Positions 31,362 through 42,227 of a DNA stretch of 64,000 nt are shown here, piece after piece. Made by a program: the position numbers and the translations under genes. The DNA comes from Candidatus Dormiibacterota bacterium (lineage in GTDB: Bacteria; Chloroflexota; Dormibacteria; Aeolococcales; Aeolococcaceae). The notes under the pieces were generated by a model. The model was not told the DNA's origin, ran no database searches, and was given only the letters and a program-made list of their open reading frames with translations. The first letter of the stretch is position 1. Every line of letters begins with the position of its first letter. Where the stretch lies: assembly GCA_049582105.1 (NCBI GenBank), contig JBAUTG010000092.1:665-64664 (forward strand), given 5' to 3'.

Positions 31362-31901
31362 TCAGTTCTGCTGCGCCTTCGCGGGGGCGCCGTCGCCGAC
31401 CTTGGCGAGCGCGTCATCGATGAGACGCTGATGGTCCTTCGTGTCGATGACCCGTCCGAGGACCTCCTGTGTCGCCGCCACGACGAGGCTGCTCACCTCG
31501 GCGCGAAGATCCTGGATCGCGCGGTCGCGCTCCGCGGAGATCTCGTTGCGTGCACGGTCGATCAGCGCTTCGGCATCGGTGCGTCCTTTGGCGATGACCT
31601 CGGCCGCCTCGGCACTCGCTTCACCGTGCGAGCGGGTCAGGATGTCGCGAGCCTGGGCGCGCGCCTCCTCGAGCGTCTTCTCCACCTGGATCTGGACGTT
31701 CGCGAGGCGCTGTTCAGCCTCCGCAGCTGCCCTCAACCCGGCTTCGATCTTGTCCTCGCGCTCCGTGGCCGCCTTGATGATGCGCGGGTAGACGTATCTC
31801 CCGAGGATGAGGATCATCAGGATGAACGCGATCAGCTCGGCGAAGAACGTGCCGTTGGGCGTCAGGAGGCCGGAGGGATCCGAGGCAATCACCGTGGTCA
31901 C
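31362..31901 (-). CDS. atpF: ATP synthase Fo b subunit
   Basis: Single N-terminal TM helix followed by a long charged coiled-coil. Confidence 0.85.
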   Translation of the reverse strand: MTTVIASDPSGLLTPNGTFFAELIAFILMILILGRYVYPRIIKAATEREDKIEAGLRAAAEAEQRLANVQIQVEKTLEEARAQARDILTRSHGEASAEAAEVIAKGRTDAEALIDRARNEISAERDRAIQDLRAEVSSLVVAATQEVLGRVIDTKDHQRLIDDALAKVGDGAPAKAQQN

Positions 31902-31906
31902 ACCGC

Positions 31907-32164
31907 CTACTTCGGCGCGGCGATGACGTAGATGAAGAAGAAACCGAGGGCGAGGTTGATGAAGTACATCCCCTCGACGAGTCCGATGATCAGGAACATC
32001 GTCACCTGAAGGCGTCCCTGCGCCTCGGGCTGGCGTGCGGTGCCGGCGATGGTCGCGTTACCCGCGAGGCCGTCACCGATGGCGGCGCCGACGGCACCGC
32101 CACCGAGTGCAAGACCGGCGGCAATCAGCGCTCCCATCTGGACCAGTGCTTGGGCGGTGGTCAT
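31907..32164 (-). CDS. atpE: ATP synthase Fo c subunit
   Basis: Two-helix hairpin with conserved Glu in helix 2 (GLVEGMYF). Confidence 0.9.
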   Translation of the reverse strand: MTTAQALVQMGALIAAGLALGGGAVGAAIGDGLAGNATIAGTARQPEAQGRLQVTMFLIIGLVEGMYFINLALGFFFIYVIAAPK

Positions 32165-32991
32165 GTTGTCTCTCTCCTCAACTCGTTGCGTTGAACGGTG
32201 GCGCCGTGATGCTCCTCTTCGAGACCTTCACGGGCCATGCCGAAATAGATGATGGTCAGTAGCATGAAGATGAACGCCTGGATGGTGCCGATCAGGAAGA
32301 CGTCGAAGAGCTTCCAGATGACGAGCAGGATGACCCATACGGGTGAGAGCGCGGTCTGGAGCACCGACGACCCGGCGAACGCCGTGTAACCCAGGGTGAG
32401 CAGGAACACCATCACGAGCCCACCGAAGATGTTGCCGAACAACCGGAGCGCGAGGCTCAGGGGTTTCGCGATCTCCTCAATGATGTTGAGCGGCGTGAAC
32501 ACGATGCGTGCGGGGATCGACAGCTCGAACGGTTTCGTGAATCGACGCAGATATCCGCGGAACCCGAGAACGTGGATGCTGTACCACTGGACGATCACGA
32601 TGACCGCAATCGCCATGGCGATGGTGAGGTTGATGTCTGCAGCCGCAGGCTCAACAGGCTTGGCGAGCGGGAAGAAATCGATCCAGTTGGCGAGCAGGAC
32701 GAAGATGAAGATGGTTGCCGCGATCGGCAGCACCACGGGGACGGCGTCCTCGGACACCATCTCCCGGGTCAGGTTGCGGATGTAGCTGAGCAACAATTCC
32801 AGCACCATCTGAAGCCGGCCGGGCTTGCCGTGACCGAGCCGGTACGCGACGAAGAACCCGAGCGCAAGCGTGAGCACGATGGCGATGCCGCCGGAGATGA
32901 GCGTGTCGACGTTGAAGGTGCAGAAGAACAGGTTGCCGCACACCTGGATCGTCGGGTGCGTGCCCGGCGGCACCTCGGCTGCGGCGATCAC
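32161..32991 (-). CDS. atpB: ATP synthase Fo a subunit
   Basis: Conserved Arg in [10 protein letters not shown]; multi-TM. Confidence 0.9.
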   Translation of the reverse strand: MIAAAEVPPGTHPTIQVCGNLFFCTFNVDTLISGGIAIVLTLALGFFVAYRLGHGKPGRLQMVLELLLSYIRNLTREMVSEDAVPVVLPIAATIFIFVLLANWIDFFPLAKPVEPAAADINLTIAMAIAVIVIVQWYSIHVLGFRGYLRRFTKPFELSIPARIVFTPLNIIEEIAKPLSLALRLFGNIFGGLVMVFLLTLGYTAFAGSSVLQTALSPVWVILLVIWKLFDVFLIGTIQAFIFMLLTIIYFGMAREGLEEEHHGATVQRNELRRETT

Positions 32992-33404
32992 GGGAGCCGC
33001 AACTGCTCACGCAGAGCCGCGGCTGCGAGCACCACCTGAGAGACGCCCAAGCCGAGGATGACGAGCCAGACGTTGGCCAGGCCGAATGCGAGGCCGATCG
33101 CGATCCCGACCATGCTCAAGGTGATGATCCGGAGCAGGCTTGTCGCCAGGAACGGAATGGGCAGGGTGATCAATTTGGCCGCCATCGCGCCATTGACCGA
33201 CCCGATCGCGAGCCCGGTCGCAAGTGCGCCGCCAGGTCCGGGATGCCCGACGACGACGCCCACCAACGCCGCGATCACGGCTGCAACAGCGCAGACGAGC
33301 GCGGCGTTTCGCACCAGGCGCAACGCGTTTGGGGCGGTCTTTGGGCGTGGCGAAGCGCCTTCCGAGGTCACCTCTGCTCCCGCTGCCTTCACTTGGACTG
33401 TCAA
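32988..33404 (-). CDS. atpI: AtpI-like small membrane protein preceding atpB
   Basis: 138 aa with ~4 TM segments; position and overlap are typical of atpI. Confidence 0.5.
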   Translation of the reverse strand: MTVQVKAAGAEVTSEGASPRPKTAPNALRLVRNAALVCAVAAVIAALVGVVVGHPGPGGALATGLAIGSVNGAMAAKLITLPIPFLATSLLRIITLSMVGIAIGLAFGLANVWLVILGLGVSQVVLAAAALREQLRLP

Positions 33405-33453
33405 ACCAAGGCAACGATATCAACTGGACGAAGCGCCACGACCCGTCGCTCAG

Positions 33454-33615
33454 TCAGATATAGCGTTTGAACTGGCCGAATGCGACGTAGCAGGCCGCCG
33501 TGATCCCGACCAGGAGCCCGATGAGCACACCGAACGGGGTCGTGTGCAACAGGAGATCGACGCCCTCACCCAGGAGGAGCGGCACGATCAGCGCCGCGGC
33601 GATCCCGACCCCCAT
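33454..33615 (-). CDS. Small 2-TM membrane protein, AtpZ/PF09527-like; 53 aa, below the ORF-track size cutoff
   Basis: Minus-strand ATG gives MGVGIAAALIVPLLLGEGVDLLLHTTPFGVLIGLLVGITAACYVAFGQFKRYI* with a GGTGAG RBS-like sequence upstream, lying between wecA and atpI. Confidence 0.35.
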   Translation of the reverse strand: MGVGIAAALIVPLLLGEGVDLLLHTTPFGVLIGLLVGITAACYVAFGQFKRYI

Positions 33616-33659
33616 GCCTGCGAGCTCACCGCCGGTGGGCTGTCGAGGCGCGGGGGTGC

Positions 33660-34808
33660 TCAGTCGGGGTCTCCGTTGTGATGGATGTGGCTCGGGCGCG
33701 TCCGCCGTCCTTCGACGAGGACCTCGCCCTCCTCAGCGACTGCGAAAGGGAGGCGGGGCGTCCGGCGGCGGTTCCGCCAGACCAGTGCGAGCAGCGACAC
33801 GATGAGCAGGCCGAGCGCGATGAAGATGATCGTGTGGTGGCCGTAGATGGTGAGCGCCAGGCAGCCGAGGATGCCCGTCACCAGGTAGAAGGTGACAGCG
33901 GTCTCCAGTGGGGTCATCCCGACCGCGCGCAGGCGGTGGTGGAGATGTCCTGCATCCGGTGCCGCCGGGTTCCGCCCCGCGATCGAGCGCCGGACGATCG
34001 CGAACGCCGTGTCGCCGATCGGCAGGCCGAGCGCGATGAGCGGGACGAGGATGGAGAGCCCCACGACGACTTTGGCGACACCGAGGATGGTGATGACGGC
34101 GAGCGCGACTCCGAGGAAGTGGCTGCCTGAATCGCCCATGAAGACGCGCGCCGGAGGCAGGTTGAAGACAAGGAATCCGAGACAGCAGCCCATGACCGCC
34201 CCGCTCAGGATCACGACCCCGGTCTGCAGCTCGCTCGCCTGGCCGATCCGGCTGATCGCGGCGAGCAGGCACACCGTCGCGACGATCGCGATCACCCCCG
34301 CGGCGACGCCGTCCGCCCCGTCGAGGAGATTGACCGACACCTGCATGCCCACCAGCCACACGACCGTCACCGGAGCGCTGAGCCAGAGGAGATCCACGAC
34401 GGACGTCGAATGAACGCCCGGCACCGCAAACGTCGTGATCGTGATGCCGAGCAGCACGGTGAGCACGCCGACGCCGATCTCGATCGCGAGCTTGCTGCGC
34501 CAGGAGAGGTCGAGAATGTCGTCGATCGCCATCGCGATCGTGATCGCGCCCGTGACGGCGAGGACCTGCCAGCGATCGGTGACGCCCGAGCCGAAGATCG
34601 CGATCGCGACGGCGAAGCCGGCGAACATCGCGATCCCGCCGAGACGTGGGGTCGCCCGCTCGTGCAGGTGACGATCGCCGTCGGGCTCAGCCACCGCCCC
34701 CGTGCGGCGCGCGAGCCACATGGATCCGGGCACCGCCACCATGCAGACCGCGCCGGACACCAGGAACGGGGGCAGCGCGGTCAGCCAGGGCGACGCGGCG
34801 GCGATCAC
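33660..34808 (-). CDS. wecA: UDP-GlcNAc:undecaprenyl-phosphate GlcNAc-1-phosphate transferase (GT4 MraY/WecA family)
   Basis: NLLDGADGVAAG and VFMGDSGSHFLG motifs; 10-11 TM segments; position matches the actinobacterial rfe-atp synteny. Confidence 0.85.
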   Translation of the reverse strand: MIAAASPWLTALPPFLVSGAVCMVAVPGSMWLARRTGAVAEPDGDRHLHERATPRLGGIAMFAGFAVAIAIFGSGVTDRWQVLAVTGAITIAMAIDDILDLSWRSKLAIEIGVGVLTVLLGITITTFAVPGVHSTSVVDLLWLSAPVTVVWLVGMQVSVNLLDGADGVAAGVIAIVATVCLLAAISRIGQASELQTGVVILSGAVMGCCLGFLVFNLPPARVFMGDSGSHFLGVALAVITILGVAKVVVGLSILVPLIALGLPIGDTAFAIVRRSIAGRNPAAPDAGHLHHRLRAVGMTPLETAVTFYLVTGILGCLALTIYGHHTIIFIALGLLIVSLLALVWRNRRRTPRLPFAVAEEGEVLVEGRRTRPSHIHHNGDPD

Positions 34809-36118
34809 GCCGGAGGGGCGTCCCGGTACGGCAACGGGTACCGCAGGCAGAGCGCCCGGCTGCGCTCACGAACCTCGGCGCGAACCTCCGGGTCGTCGAA
34901 TCCGGTGAGCATCCGGTGAACGAGCGCGGCGATCTCGTCCATCTCGGGCTCGCCCATGCCCCGCGAGGTCACCGACGGTGTCCCGAGCCGGATCCCGTTT
35001 GGGTTGAACGGCGAGCCACCGTGGCCGGGGAAGGCATTCGCGTTCACCGTGACGCCGACCTCGTCGAATGCGCTCTGGACTGCGCGTCCGCGCAGTCCGG
35101 TCGGCCGGAGGTCGATCACCATGAGGTGATTGTCCGTGCCCCCGGTCGTGAGCACGAGGCCGCGACGCATGAGGCCTGCCGCAAGCGCCTTGGCGTTGGC
35201 CACGACACGATGGGCGTACTCGCGGAACTCGGGCTGCGCGCACTGCTTGAACATCACCGCCTTGGCGGCGATCGCGTGCATCTGCGGGCCGCCCTGGATA
35301 TTCGGGCAGGCTGCCTTGTCGACCGCGTCGGCGTACGCGCTGCGGCAGAGGACCACGCCGCCCCAGGGCCCGCGCATCGTCTTGTGGGTCGTCAACGTGA
35401 CGTAATCGGCGTGAGGGACGGGGCTGGGATGCGCACCGCCGGCGACCAGGCCCGCGAAATGCGCCATGTCGACCATCAGCAGGGCGTCGACCTCGTGGGC
35501 GATCTCCGCGAACGCGGCGAAGTCGAGGATTCGCGGGTACGAGCTATAGCCGGCGACGATCATCTTCGGGCGCACCTCGAGCGCGCGCTCCCGCACCTGC
35601 GCCATGTCGAGGACGCCTGTGGCGTCGTCGACGAAGTACGGCTCGAAGTGATAGATCTTCCCGCTGAAGCTCACCGGGGACCCATGGCTGAGATGGCCGC
35701 CCTGGTCGAGCGCCATGCCGAGCACGGTGTCGCCGGGATTCAGGGCACTCGCGTAGACCGCCATATTGGCCTGCGTGCCCGAATGCGGCTGGACGTTGGC
35801 GTGCTCGGCGCCGAAGAGCTCCCTGGCGCGGTCACGCGCCAGGTTTTCGACCTGGTCGACGATCTGGCATCCGCCGTAGTACCGCTTGCCGGGCACGCCT
35901 TCGGCGTACTTGTTGTTGAGCCAGGAACCGAGCGCCTCGAGGACCGCCACCGAGGCGATGTTCTCCGAGGGGATGAGCTCGAGGGTCTCCTCCTGGCGCT
36001 CCAGCTCCTCGTCGAGCAGCGCCGCAACCTCGGGATCGGTCGCCCGCAGCGCGGGCTTGTCGGTGAAGCCGGCGCTGCGTCCTGCGCTCGGACGGATATC
36101 GACGGGTGTGCTCGTCAC
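34805..36118 (-). CDS. glyA: Serine hydroxymethyltransferase
   Basis: PLP-lysine region TTHKTMRGPWGG; SHMT fold along the whole length. Confidence 0.95.
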   Translation of the reverse strand: MTSTPVDIRPSAGRSAGFTDKPALRATDPEVAALLDEELERQEETLELIPSENIASVAVLEALGSWLNNKYAEGVPGKRYYGGCQIVDQVENLARDRARELFGAEHANVQPHSGTQANMAVYASALNPGDTVLGMALDQGGHLSHGSPVSFSGKIYHFEPYFVDDATGVLDMAQVRERALEVRPKMIVAGYSSYPRILDFAAFAEIAHEVDALLMVDMAHFAGLVAGGAHPSPVPHADYVTLTTHKTMRGPWGGVVLCRSAYADAVDKAACPNIQGGPQMHAIAAKAVMFKQCAQPEFREYAHRVVANAKALAAGLMRRGLVLTTGGTDNHLMVIDLRPTGLRGRAVQSAFDEVGVTVNANAFPGHGGSPFNPNGIRLGTPSVTSRGMGEPEMDEIAALVHRMLTGFDDPEVRAEVRERSRALCLRYPLPYRDAPPA

Positions 36119-36732
36119 GGCGATCTCTGCCCCTTCGTGCTGGTTGACGGAAAACCCCGAAGAAGCGAGAGCAATGCGGCGGCGGGAATCGGGCCTTCGC
36201 GAAGCACACGCGGGGTTGTGGTCGTGCAGTCGATGATAGTCGAGGCACGTCCGCCGCAGCGACCACCGTCGACCACGGTGTCGATCTCGCCCGTGAGTGC
36301 CTCGGACGCGCCTCGAGCCGTGTCGGGGGCAGGCTCGCCGTGGCGGTTGGCGCTGGTGGTCGCCAGCGGCCCGGTCCGCCGAAGGAGCTCGAGAGCGATC
36401 GGATGGTCGGGCACCCGGACGCTCAGCGTCGCGCCACTGCGGGGGATCGCCCAGCGCCGGTGGCGCAGGGGGCAGACGATGGACAGCGCGCCCGGCCAGT
36501 ACGCGTCAGCGAGGATGTGGGCGTCGGCGTCGAGCTCGACGTCCTCCTCGAGATCGTGCATCGCCGCCGCAAGGAGCGTGAGCTCGAGGTCTCGCGGACG
36601 GCGCTTGATCTCGTAGATCCGCTCGACAGCTGCAGCGTTCGCCGGGTCGCACGCCAGCCCGTACACGGTGTCGGTGGGGATCGCGACCACCCCGCCGCGC
36701 TGAATGGCGAGCACCGCCGCGTCGAGCGTCAC
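36115..36732 (-). CDS. tsaC: L-threonylcarbamoyladenylate synthase (TsaC/Sua5/YrdC)
   Basis: YrdC motifs (VVAIPTDTVYGLACD, TSAN). Confidence 0.85.
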   Translation of the reverse strand: MTLDAAVLAIQRGGVVAIPTDTVYGLACDPANAAAVERIYEIKRRPRDLELTLLAAAMHDLEEDVELDADAHILADAYWPGALSIVCPLRHRRWAIPRSGATLSVRVPDHPIALELLRRTGPLATTSANRHGEPAPDTARGASEALTGEIDTVVDGGRCGGRASTIIDCTTTTPRVLREGPIPAAALLSLLRGFPSTSTKGQRSP

Positions 36733-37595
36733 GGGACCTCCACGTCCACGACCCGGGCCCGGCCGGTCAGGTCCTGCACCATCGACGTGGTCGCCCCCGG
36801 GAGTCCCATCGCGAACAGGGCGGCGACCGCGCCGGCGCGTCCCGGGTCGACCTCGAGCAGGATGCGTGAGGCGGCGACGTGACCTTGCAACGACGCCAGG
36901 AGCCCGCGGTATGCGTCGAGGCCGTCATCGCCGCCGAGCAACGCGGCCGCGGGCTCGAAGTCGCGAACGTCGCGATCCACGGCACGGAGCTCCTCGGTGG
37001 TGACGTACGGCGGGTTGCTGACGACGAGATCGAAGGTGCCTTCCAGGCTGTCGGCCCAGGATCCCTCCACAAACGTCACGGCAACGCCGAGCCGGTCCGC
37101 GTTGGCACGGGCGACATCGAGCGCCGCGGGATGGATGTCGGTGGCGATGACGGCTGCCCCCGGGATTTCGGCGGCGAGCGTGATCGCGATGCAGCCGCTG
37201 CCGGTGCCGAGGTCCGCGACGCGCGCCGGCGCGTCGCCGCGAGCGCGCAACACGCCGATCGCGCGCTCAACGATCGTCTCCGTGTCGGGCCGCGGGATGA
37301 GCACGTCCGGCGTCACCGCGTATGACCGTCCGTAGAACTCGCGAACGCCGGTGATGTACGCGACCGGCTCGCCCTTTCCCCGGCGGCGCACCAGCTCGCG
37401 GATGGCGCTCAGCTCATCTTTGTCGAGCGGACGATCGAACTGCAGGTAGAGGTCAAGACGCTTGACACCGAGCGCCTGCGCACAGAGCAGCTCCGCATCG
37501 AGTCGTGCCGAGGTGCTGCCGCGATCGCCGAGGTAGGTGGTGCTCAGACGGAGCACGTCGATGAGGATGGGGGTGCTGGACGCCACCTCAGGCAT
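36729..37595 (-). CDS. prmC: Release-factor glutamine N5-methyltransferase (HemK/PrmC)
   Basis: NPPY motif (VVSNPPYV) and SAM motif [10 protein letters not shown]. The start overlaps the prfA stop (ATGCCTGA); the table ORF is extended upstream by artefact. Confidence 0.85.
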   Translation of the reverse strand: MPEVASSTPILIDVLRLSTTYLGDRGSTSARLDAELLCAQALGVKRLDLYLQFDRPLDKDELSAIRELVRRRGKGEPVAYITGVREFYGRSYAVTPDVLIPRPDTETIVERAIGVLRARGDAPARVADLGTGSGCIAITLAAEIPGAAVIATDIHPAALDVARANADRLGVAVTFVEGSWADSLEGTFDLVVSNPPYVTTEELRAVDRDVRDFEPAAALLGGDDGLDAYRGLLASLQGHVAASRILLEVDPGRAGAVAALFAMGLPGATTSMVQDLTGRARVVDVEVP

Positions 37596-38706
37596 CGTGC
37601 CCGGCGGCGCCGTCAGGTTCGTCCTCGAGCAGACGCCTCGCCTGGTCTTCATTGGACAGCGGCTCGATGAGCATGTCGAGATCGCCGTCGAGCACGCGCG
37701 GGAGCTGATGCACCGTGAGGTCGATGCGGTGGTCGGTGACACGCGACTGCGGGAAGTTGTACGTGCGGATCTTCTCGCTGCGATCGCCGCTGCCGACCAT
37801 GGACCGGCGCGTGGCCCGAAGCTCCGCCGCCCGCTTGGCTTCTTCAAGGTCATAGAGGCGGGCGCGGAGCACGCGCATCGCCTTGGCTCGATTCTTGATC
37901 TGCGACTTCTCGTCCTGGCACGTGACGACAAGACCCGTCGGCAGATGCGTGATCCGTACGGCCGAGTCGGTGGTGTTGACGCTCTGACCGCCGGGGCCGG
38001 TGCTCCGGTACACATCGATCTTCAGGTCGTTCTCGTTGACGTCCACCTCGACGTCATCCGCCTCGGGCAGCACCACCACGGACGCCGCCGATGTATGGAT
38101 GCGGCCCTGCGCCTCGGTCTCCGGCACGCGCTGCACGCGGTGCACGCCCGACTCGAATTTGAGTCGTGAATACGCGCCCTGCCCGTGCACCTCGAACACG
38201 ATCTCCTTGAAGCCGTGGCCCGCCGTCTCGTTGTGGTCGAGCACCTCGATATGCCAGCGCTGACGCTCCGCGTAGCGCGAGTACATGCGGAAGAGGTCGG
38301 CTCCGAACAGTGCCGCCTCATCACCGCCCGTGCCGGCGCGAATCTCCACGACGACGTCGCGATCGTCATTGGGATCCGTGGTGAGCAGCAGCGCGCGCAG
38401 CTTCTCGTAGTCCTTCTCAGCGGCGGTGAGCTGCGCCTGCTGCTCCTCCTCCGCCATCGTCACCATCTGGGGGTCCGACTCCGTGCGCGCCATCTCACCC
38501 GCTTCTCGGGCGGCTTCCTGTGCCTCGCGCCAGCGTCGCGCCGCCTCCACCACCTCACGCAGCTTGGCCTGCTCGCGGGAGAGGTTCTGCACACGGTCGA
38601 GGTCCTGGTACGCATCCGGCGCGCTGAGCAGTTCCTCGAGCTCGACATACCTGGCCTCGAGTGCCGCAAGGCGCTGCTCGAAGGCGGTCGTCTCCGGCTC
38701 CGCCAT
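37588..38706 (-). CDS. prfA: Peptide chain release factor 1
   Basis: GGQ motif ([22 protein letters not shown]) and PET tripeptide. Confidence 0.95.
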   Translation of the reverse strand: MAEPETTAFEQRLAALEARYVELEELLSAPDAYQDLDRVQNLSREQAKLREVVEAARRWREAQEAAREAGEMARTESDPQMVTMAEEEQQAQLTAAEKDYEKLRALLLTTDPNDDRDVVVEIRAGTGGDEAALFGADLFRMYSRYAERQRWHIEVLDHNETAGHGFKEIVFEVHGQGAYSRLKFESGVHRVQRVPETEAQGRIHTSAASVVVLPEADDVEVDVNENDLKIDVYRSTGPGGQSVNTTDSAVRITHLPTGLVVTCQDEKSQIKNRAKAMRVLRARLYDLEEAKRAAELRATRRSMVGSGDRSEKIRTYNFPQSRVTDHRIDLTVHQLPRVLDGDLDMLIEPLSNEDQARRLLEDEPDGAAGHDA

Positions 38707-39668
38707 CAGCGTGCTCCCGATGCCTCGAACACGACGCCATCCCCCTCGCGGGCGGCGTCGAGTGCCGCGATGGCAACCTCGATCTGCGAGTCATCCGGCT
38801 GCCTGGTGCTCAGCAGCTGCGCTCCGAGCACCGGCGCGAGCGCGATCCTGCCCACGGCACTGTGTCGAATGCGGATGAGCGCGCGGATGACCTCGAACGA
38901 GACGGCCGCGACCACCGGCACGAGCGCGATCTGGCAGATGATCCGGACCGCCGTCGGCAGCAGTCCGAGCGGTGCGAAGACACCGACGCTGACGAAGGCG
39001 ACGACGACCAGGAATCCGGTGCCGCACCGGGGATGGAGGCGGCTGTTCGCGCGCACATGCTCGACGTCGACAGCCTGCCCCGACTCGAGCGCGTTGATCG
39101 ACATGTGCTCCGCGCCGTGGTACTGAAACAGACGCCGGACATTGGGGATGAGGCTGATCAGGAGCAGGTAGCCGACGAGGACCGCCGCGCGAATGACGCC
39201 CTCGATGAGCACCGAGGTGATCGACTGCGTCCCGTGATGCAGGATCCCGCCCAGGAGCAACGGCACGCCGATGAACAATGCGAGCGCGAACACGAGCGAC
39301 GCGATCATCGCGCCGCGAAGCGCGCCTTCCCCGATCTCCGCATCCTGTCCGAGCTGGACGATCGCCGACCACTGCAGCGCGCGCATGCCGAGGTGGATCG
39401 TCTCGTAGAGCCCGGCCACGCCCCGCAGGAATGGACGCCTCCAGACGCTTCGCGTGTACACGCGCGAGCGCAGTGCATCGGTGCAGATCGCGATCCCCCC
39501 ATCCGGACGGCGCGCCGCGACTGCGTATCGATCGCGCCCGCGCATGAGCACGCCCTCGATGACGGCCTGACCGCCATAGAAGAAGGTCGCTGGTGGGGCA
39601 CTGACGGCGTTGACCGCGACGGTGAGCAGGAGGTCGCGAACACGCTGGGCAGACCTCATGGGCGGCAT
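38706..39668 (-). CDS. DUF1385 (YqhQ-like) membrane protein
   Basis: Multi-TM protein with HGAEHM motif; DUF1385 family by resemblance. Confidence 0.7.
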   Translation of the reverse strand: MPPMRSAQRVRDLLLTVAVNAVSAPPATFFYGGQAVIEGVLMRGRDRYAVAARRPDGGIAICTDALRSRVYTRSVWRRPFLRGVAGLYETIHLGMRALQWSAIVQLGQDAEIGEGALRGAMIASLVFALALFIGVPLLLGGILHHGTQSITSVLIEGVIRAAVLVGYLLLISLIPNVRRLFQYHGAEHMSINALESGQAVDVEHVRANSRLHPRCGTGFLVVVAFVSVGVFAPLGLLPTAVRIICQIALVPVVAAVSFEVIRALIRIRHSAVGRIALAPVLGAQLLSTRQPDDSQIEVAIAALDAAREGDGVVFEASGAR

Positions 39669-39726
39669 GCTAGTGCACCTTCAGCGCAAGGATGCGTGGC
39701 GCCGGCACCGTGCCGGCGCCGCGGGG

Positions 39727-39939
39727 TCAGGCTTTCTTCGCCTGCTCGGCGCGACGGCGGAACCGTTCGACCTGGCCGCCCGTGTCGATGATCCGCTGTG
39801 TGCCGGTGAAGAACGGATGGCACACCGAGCACACCTCGGTCTTGAGCTCCGTCAACGTGGATCCGGTGGTGAAGCTGTTGCCGCACAGGCAGTGGACTTC
39901 GGCGTCGACGTGGTACTCGGGATGGATCGATGCTTTCAT
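39727..39939 (-). CDS. rpmE: 50S ribosomal protein L31 (zinc-binding type)
   Basis: [23 protein letters not shown]...[10 protein letters not shown]; the table ORF has a 20-aa upstream artefact. Confidence 0.9.
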   Translation of the reverse strand: MKASIHPEYHVDAEVHCLCGNSFTTGSTLTELKTEVCSVCHPFFTGTQRIIDTGGQVERFRRRAEQAKKA

Positions 39940-39995
39940 GGGGCGCCTTGGTTCGCGGGAAGGGACGAGTTCACGATACCACGGGCACCCTGAGC

Positions 39996-41252
39996 TCAAT
40001 CCACGGCGATCCCGACAGGCCGGGTGAAGTTGCCGTGGGCCACGTCAGGAAGCCGCTCGACGAGGTGGCGGTAGGCAGCCGCGAGACCGATGCCGTCGTC
40101 CGGAAGGAGGCCGCGGCCGGACAGCACCTCGACGAGCCAGTCGTGGTCGCAGTTCAACGATCGCCACTGGATCTGGTGGGCGCCCATCTCGGCGACCGCT
40201 TCCACGGTCCGATCCAGCTCGGCGCTCGAATCGGTCACTCCGGGGAATGTGAGGAGGTTCACGCAGACCTGTCCGCCTGCGCGGGACATCACCCGGCCGC
40301 ATTCGACGACATCCTCGATGGAGTACCCGACGGGCCGGTAGTAGGCGCGAAAGACGGGATCGTTGAAGGAGATGGCGCTGATGCGCACGCTGTTGCAGCC
40401 GGCGTCGATCAGGCGCTGCAGGATGTGCGGCCGGCTGCCGTTGGTGTTGACGTGGATCGTGGCTGACGGGTGCTGCTTCCGGATCTGCGCCACCGCATCC
40501 GCAAGCACGTCGTCGCGCGTGAGCGGCTCGCCCTCGCAGCCCTGACCAAACGACACGACGGCCGCGTCGCTGCCGCCCAGGTGGAAATCCGCCATGCCCG
40601 AAAGCTCAGCGGCAGTTGGCGCGAAACGCATCCGGGGCTGCGGAGCCGGGGCCTGACCGTCCGTTTGCAACGAGATGCAGCCGAGACAGTCCGCGTTGCA
40701 TGCCGGCGAGGCGGGGAGCGCTCCCTCGTAGCGACGGAGGAAGGTGTTCTGGGCCGTATAGCAGCGCAGGTCGGTGGCGCAGGTCGCGAGGTGGTCGACG
40801 AGCCGGTTCCCCGGCAGCGCCGCGCGCGCCGCATCGATCGCCTCAGGGAGGCCGCTCCCCGTGTATCGCGCGGGCTCCCACCAGCCGAACCCGTCGGTGT
40901 TGAGTGCGGCGACGCGGAGCTCGTCATGGTGCTCGACGACCGCCGCGTACCCGTACAGCGGCAGCCTCCGGCTGCCCGGCAGGGGTCGTGACGCTGGCAG
41001 GAGGGTGCGAAGGTGACCGACTGGCAGGACCGCCGCGACCGGCAGCAGATCCGCTTCGATGTCGACGGGACGGTTCTTGGCGTCGAGTGCGAGCGCCCTT
41101 CGACCCGGGAGGTGCATGAGCGTGGTGCCCTCGGGGATGGGGATCAGCTCGAGTGAGTCGAGTCCGACCACCCGCCCTCCCGAGCGCGCTGCAGGACGGA
41201 ATCCGCCGAGAACCTCGAGCTCGCCGTCGGGACGAGCAACCACGGGACGCAT
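39996..41252 (-). CDS. Radical SAM protein with ~190-aa N-terminal extension of unknown function
   Basis: CX3CX2C cluster motif ACNADCLGC followed by a partial-TIM-barrel-like region (IHVNTNGS...); no SPASM or twitch Cys cluster. The N-terminal domain is unrecognised. Confidence 0.65.
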   Translation of the reverse strand: MRPVVARPDGELEVLGGFRPAARSGGRVVGLDSLELIPIPEGTTLMHLPGRRALALDAKNRPVDIEADLLPVAAVLPVGHLRTLLPASRPLPGSRRLPLYGYAAVVEHHDELRVAALNTDGFGWWEPARYTGSGLPEAIDAARAALPGNRLVDHLATCATDLRCYTAQNTFLRRYEGALPASPACNADCLGCISLQTDGQAPAPQPRMRFAPTAAELSGMADFHLGGSDAAVVSFGQGCEGEPLTRDDVLADAVAQIRKQHPSATIHVNTNGSRPHILQRLIDAGCNSVRISAISFNDPVFRAYYRPVGYSIEDVVECGRVMSRAGGQVCVNLLTFPGVTDSSAELDRTVEAVAEMGAHQIQWRSLNCDHDWLVEVLSGRGLLPDDGIGLAAAYRHLVERLPDVAHGNFTRPVGIAVD

Positions 41253-41321
41253 CAGTCGATTGTGCCCTGTGGGTCCGATGCAGCCGGATGGTGTGCCGGC
41301 CCGGGCCCGTGCCGGCCGCGA

Positions 41322-42122
41322 CTAGTGTGCCTTCAGAAAGGTCAGCGTTCGCTCGTTGAACTGGGCAACGTTCTCGTAGATCGGCGCGTGCGAGCAGTCC
41401 TCGAAGATCACCAACTCCGAGCCCGTGATCCCCTTCTGCAGCGGTTCGACAAAGCGAGTCGAGGTAACCGAGTCGTACCTGCCGAACGTGATCTGCGTGG
41501 GGGCGGTGATCCTGCCGAGCTGATCGAGCGCATCGTGCGAGATCACCGCTCCCGTCTGCCGCAGGAACGCGTCGACAGGTTGCACCGGACGGCCGCGGAC
41601 GAAATCGGACAGCGCGCCGATGTACTCCGGCTTCTCGGCATAGAGCCCCGGCGTGAAGCACCAGGGAAAGATCCCCTTGATGATCAGGTCGGGCATGCTG
41701 TCGAGCTGGCGCGCCATCACCTGCCAGGTCTCGACGACGGTGCGCAGGAACAGATCCGTCTTCGGCCATGCGCTGTGCAATGACAGGCTTTTCACCTTCT
41801 CCGGGTACTTCGCCGCGAGCCACATGCCGGTGGCCGCTCCGAGCGAGAGTCCCATGACGTGCGCGCGCTCAACACCGATTGCCTGCATAAAGGCTGCGAT
41901 GTCATCAGCGTACAGTTCCGTCGTATACGTCCCCGCGGGTTTGTCACTGAGCCCCGCGCCACGGAGGTCGACGGAGATGCACGTGAAGTGCTTCGAGTAC
42001 TCTCCAACCTGGAACGCGTAGCACGCCTGGTCGGCGGCGAGGTACGGGATGAGCACGAGCGGCTCCCCGGTGCCGGTTTGCTCGTAGTAGACGGACAGGT
42101 CGCCGGCTTGGACGTTGGGCAT
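41322..42122 (-). CDS. Alpha/beta-fold hydrolase
   Basis: GLSLG nucleophile elbow with late His; start taken at MPNVQAGDLSVYYEQTG. Confidence 0.75.
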   Translation of the reverse strand: MPNVQAGDLSVYYEQTGTGEPLVLIPYLAADQACYAFQVGEYSKHFTCISVDLRGAGLSDKPAGTYTTELYADDIAAFMQAIGVERAHVMGLSLGAATGMWLAAKYPEKVKSLSLHSAWPKTDLFLRTVVETWQVMARQLDSMPDLIIKGIFPWCFTPGLYAEKPEYIGALSDFVRGRPVQPVDAFLRQTGAVISHDALDQLGRITAPTQITFGRYDSVTSTRFVEPLQKGITGSELVIFEDCSHAPIYENVAQFNERTLTFLKAH

Positions 42123-42227
42123 CCTGATTCTCTCCTCACTACCCCTGGACGCGCACTGGCCGCGCAGCATACTCGTGGAAAAAGCCAGCGTTTGGAGCAG
42201 GCCTCGGAGAACAGTCCCCCTTACCGG

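Noticed and set aside
34646-36616. 656-aa plus-strand ORF over wecA/glyA/tsaC
   Set aside because: Antisense to well-supported genes.
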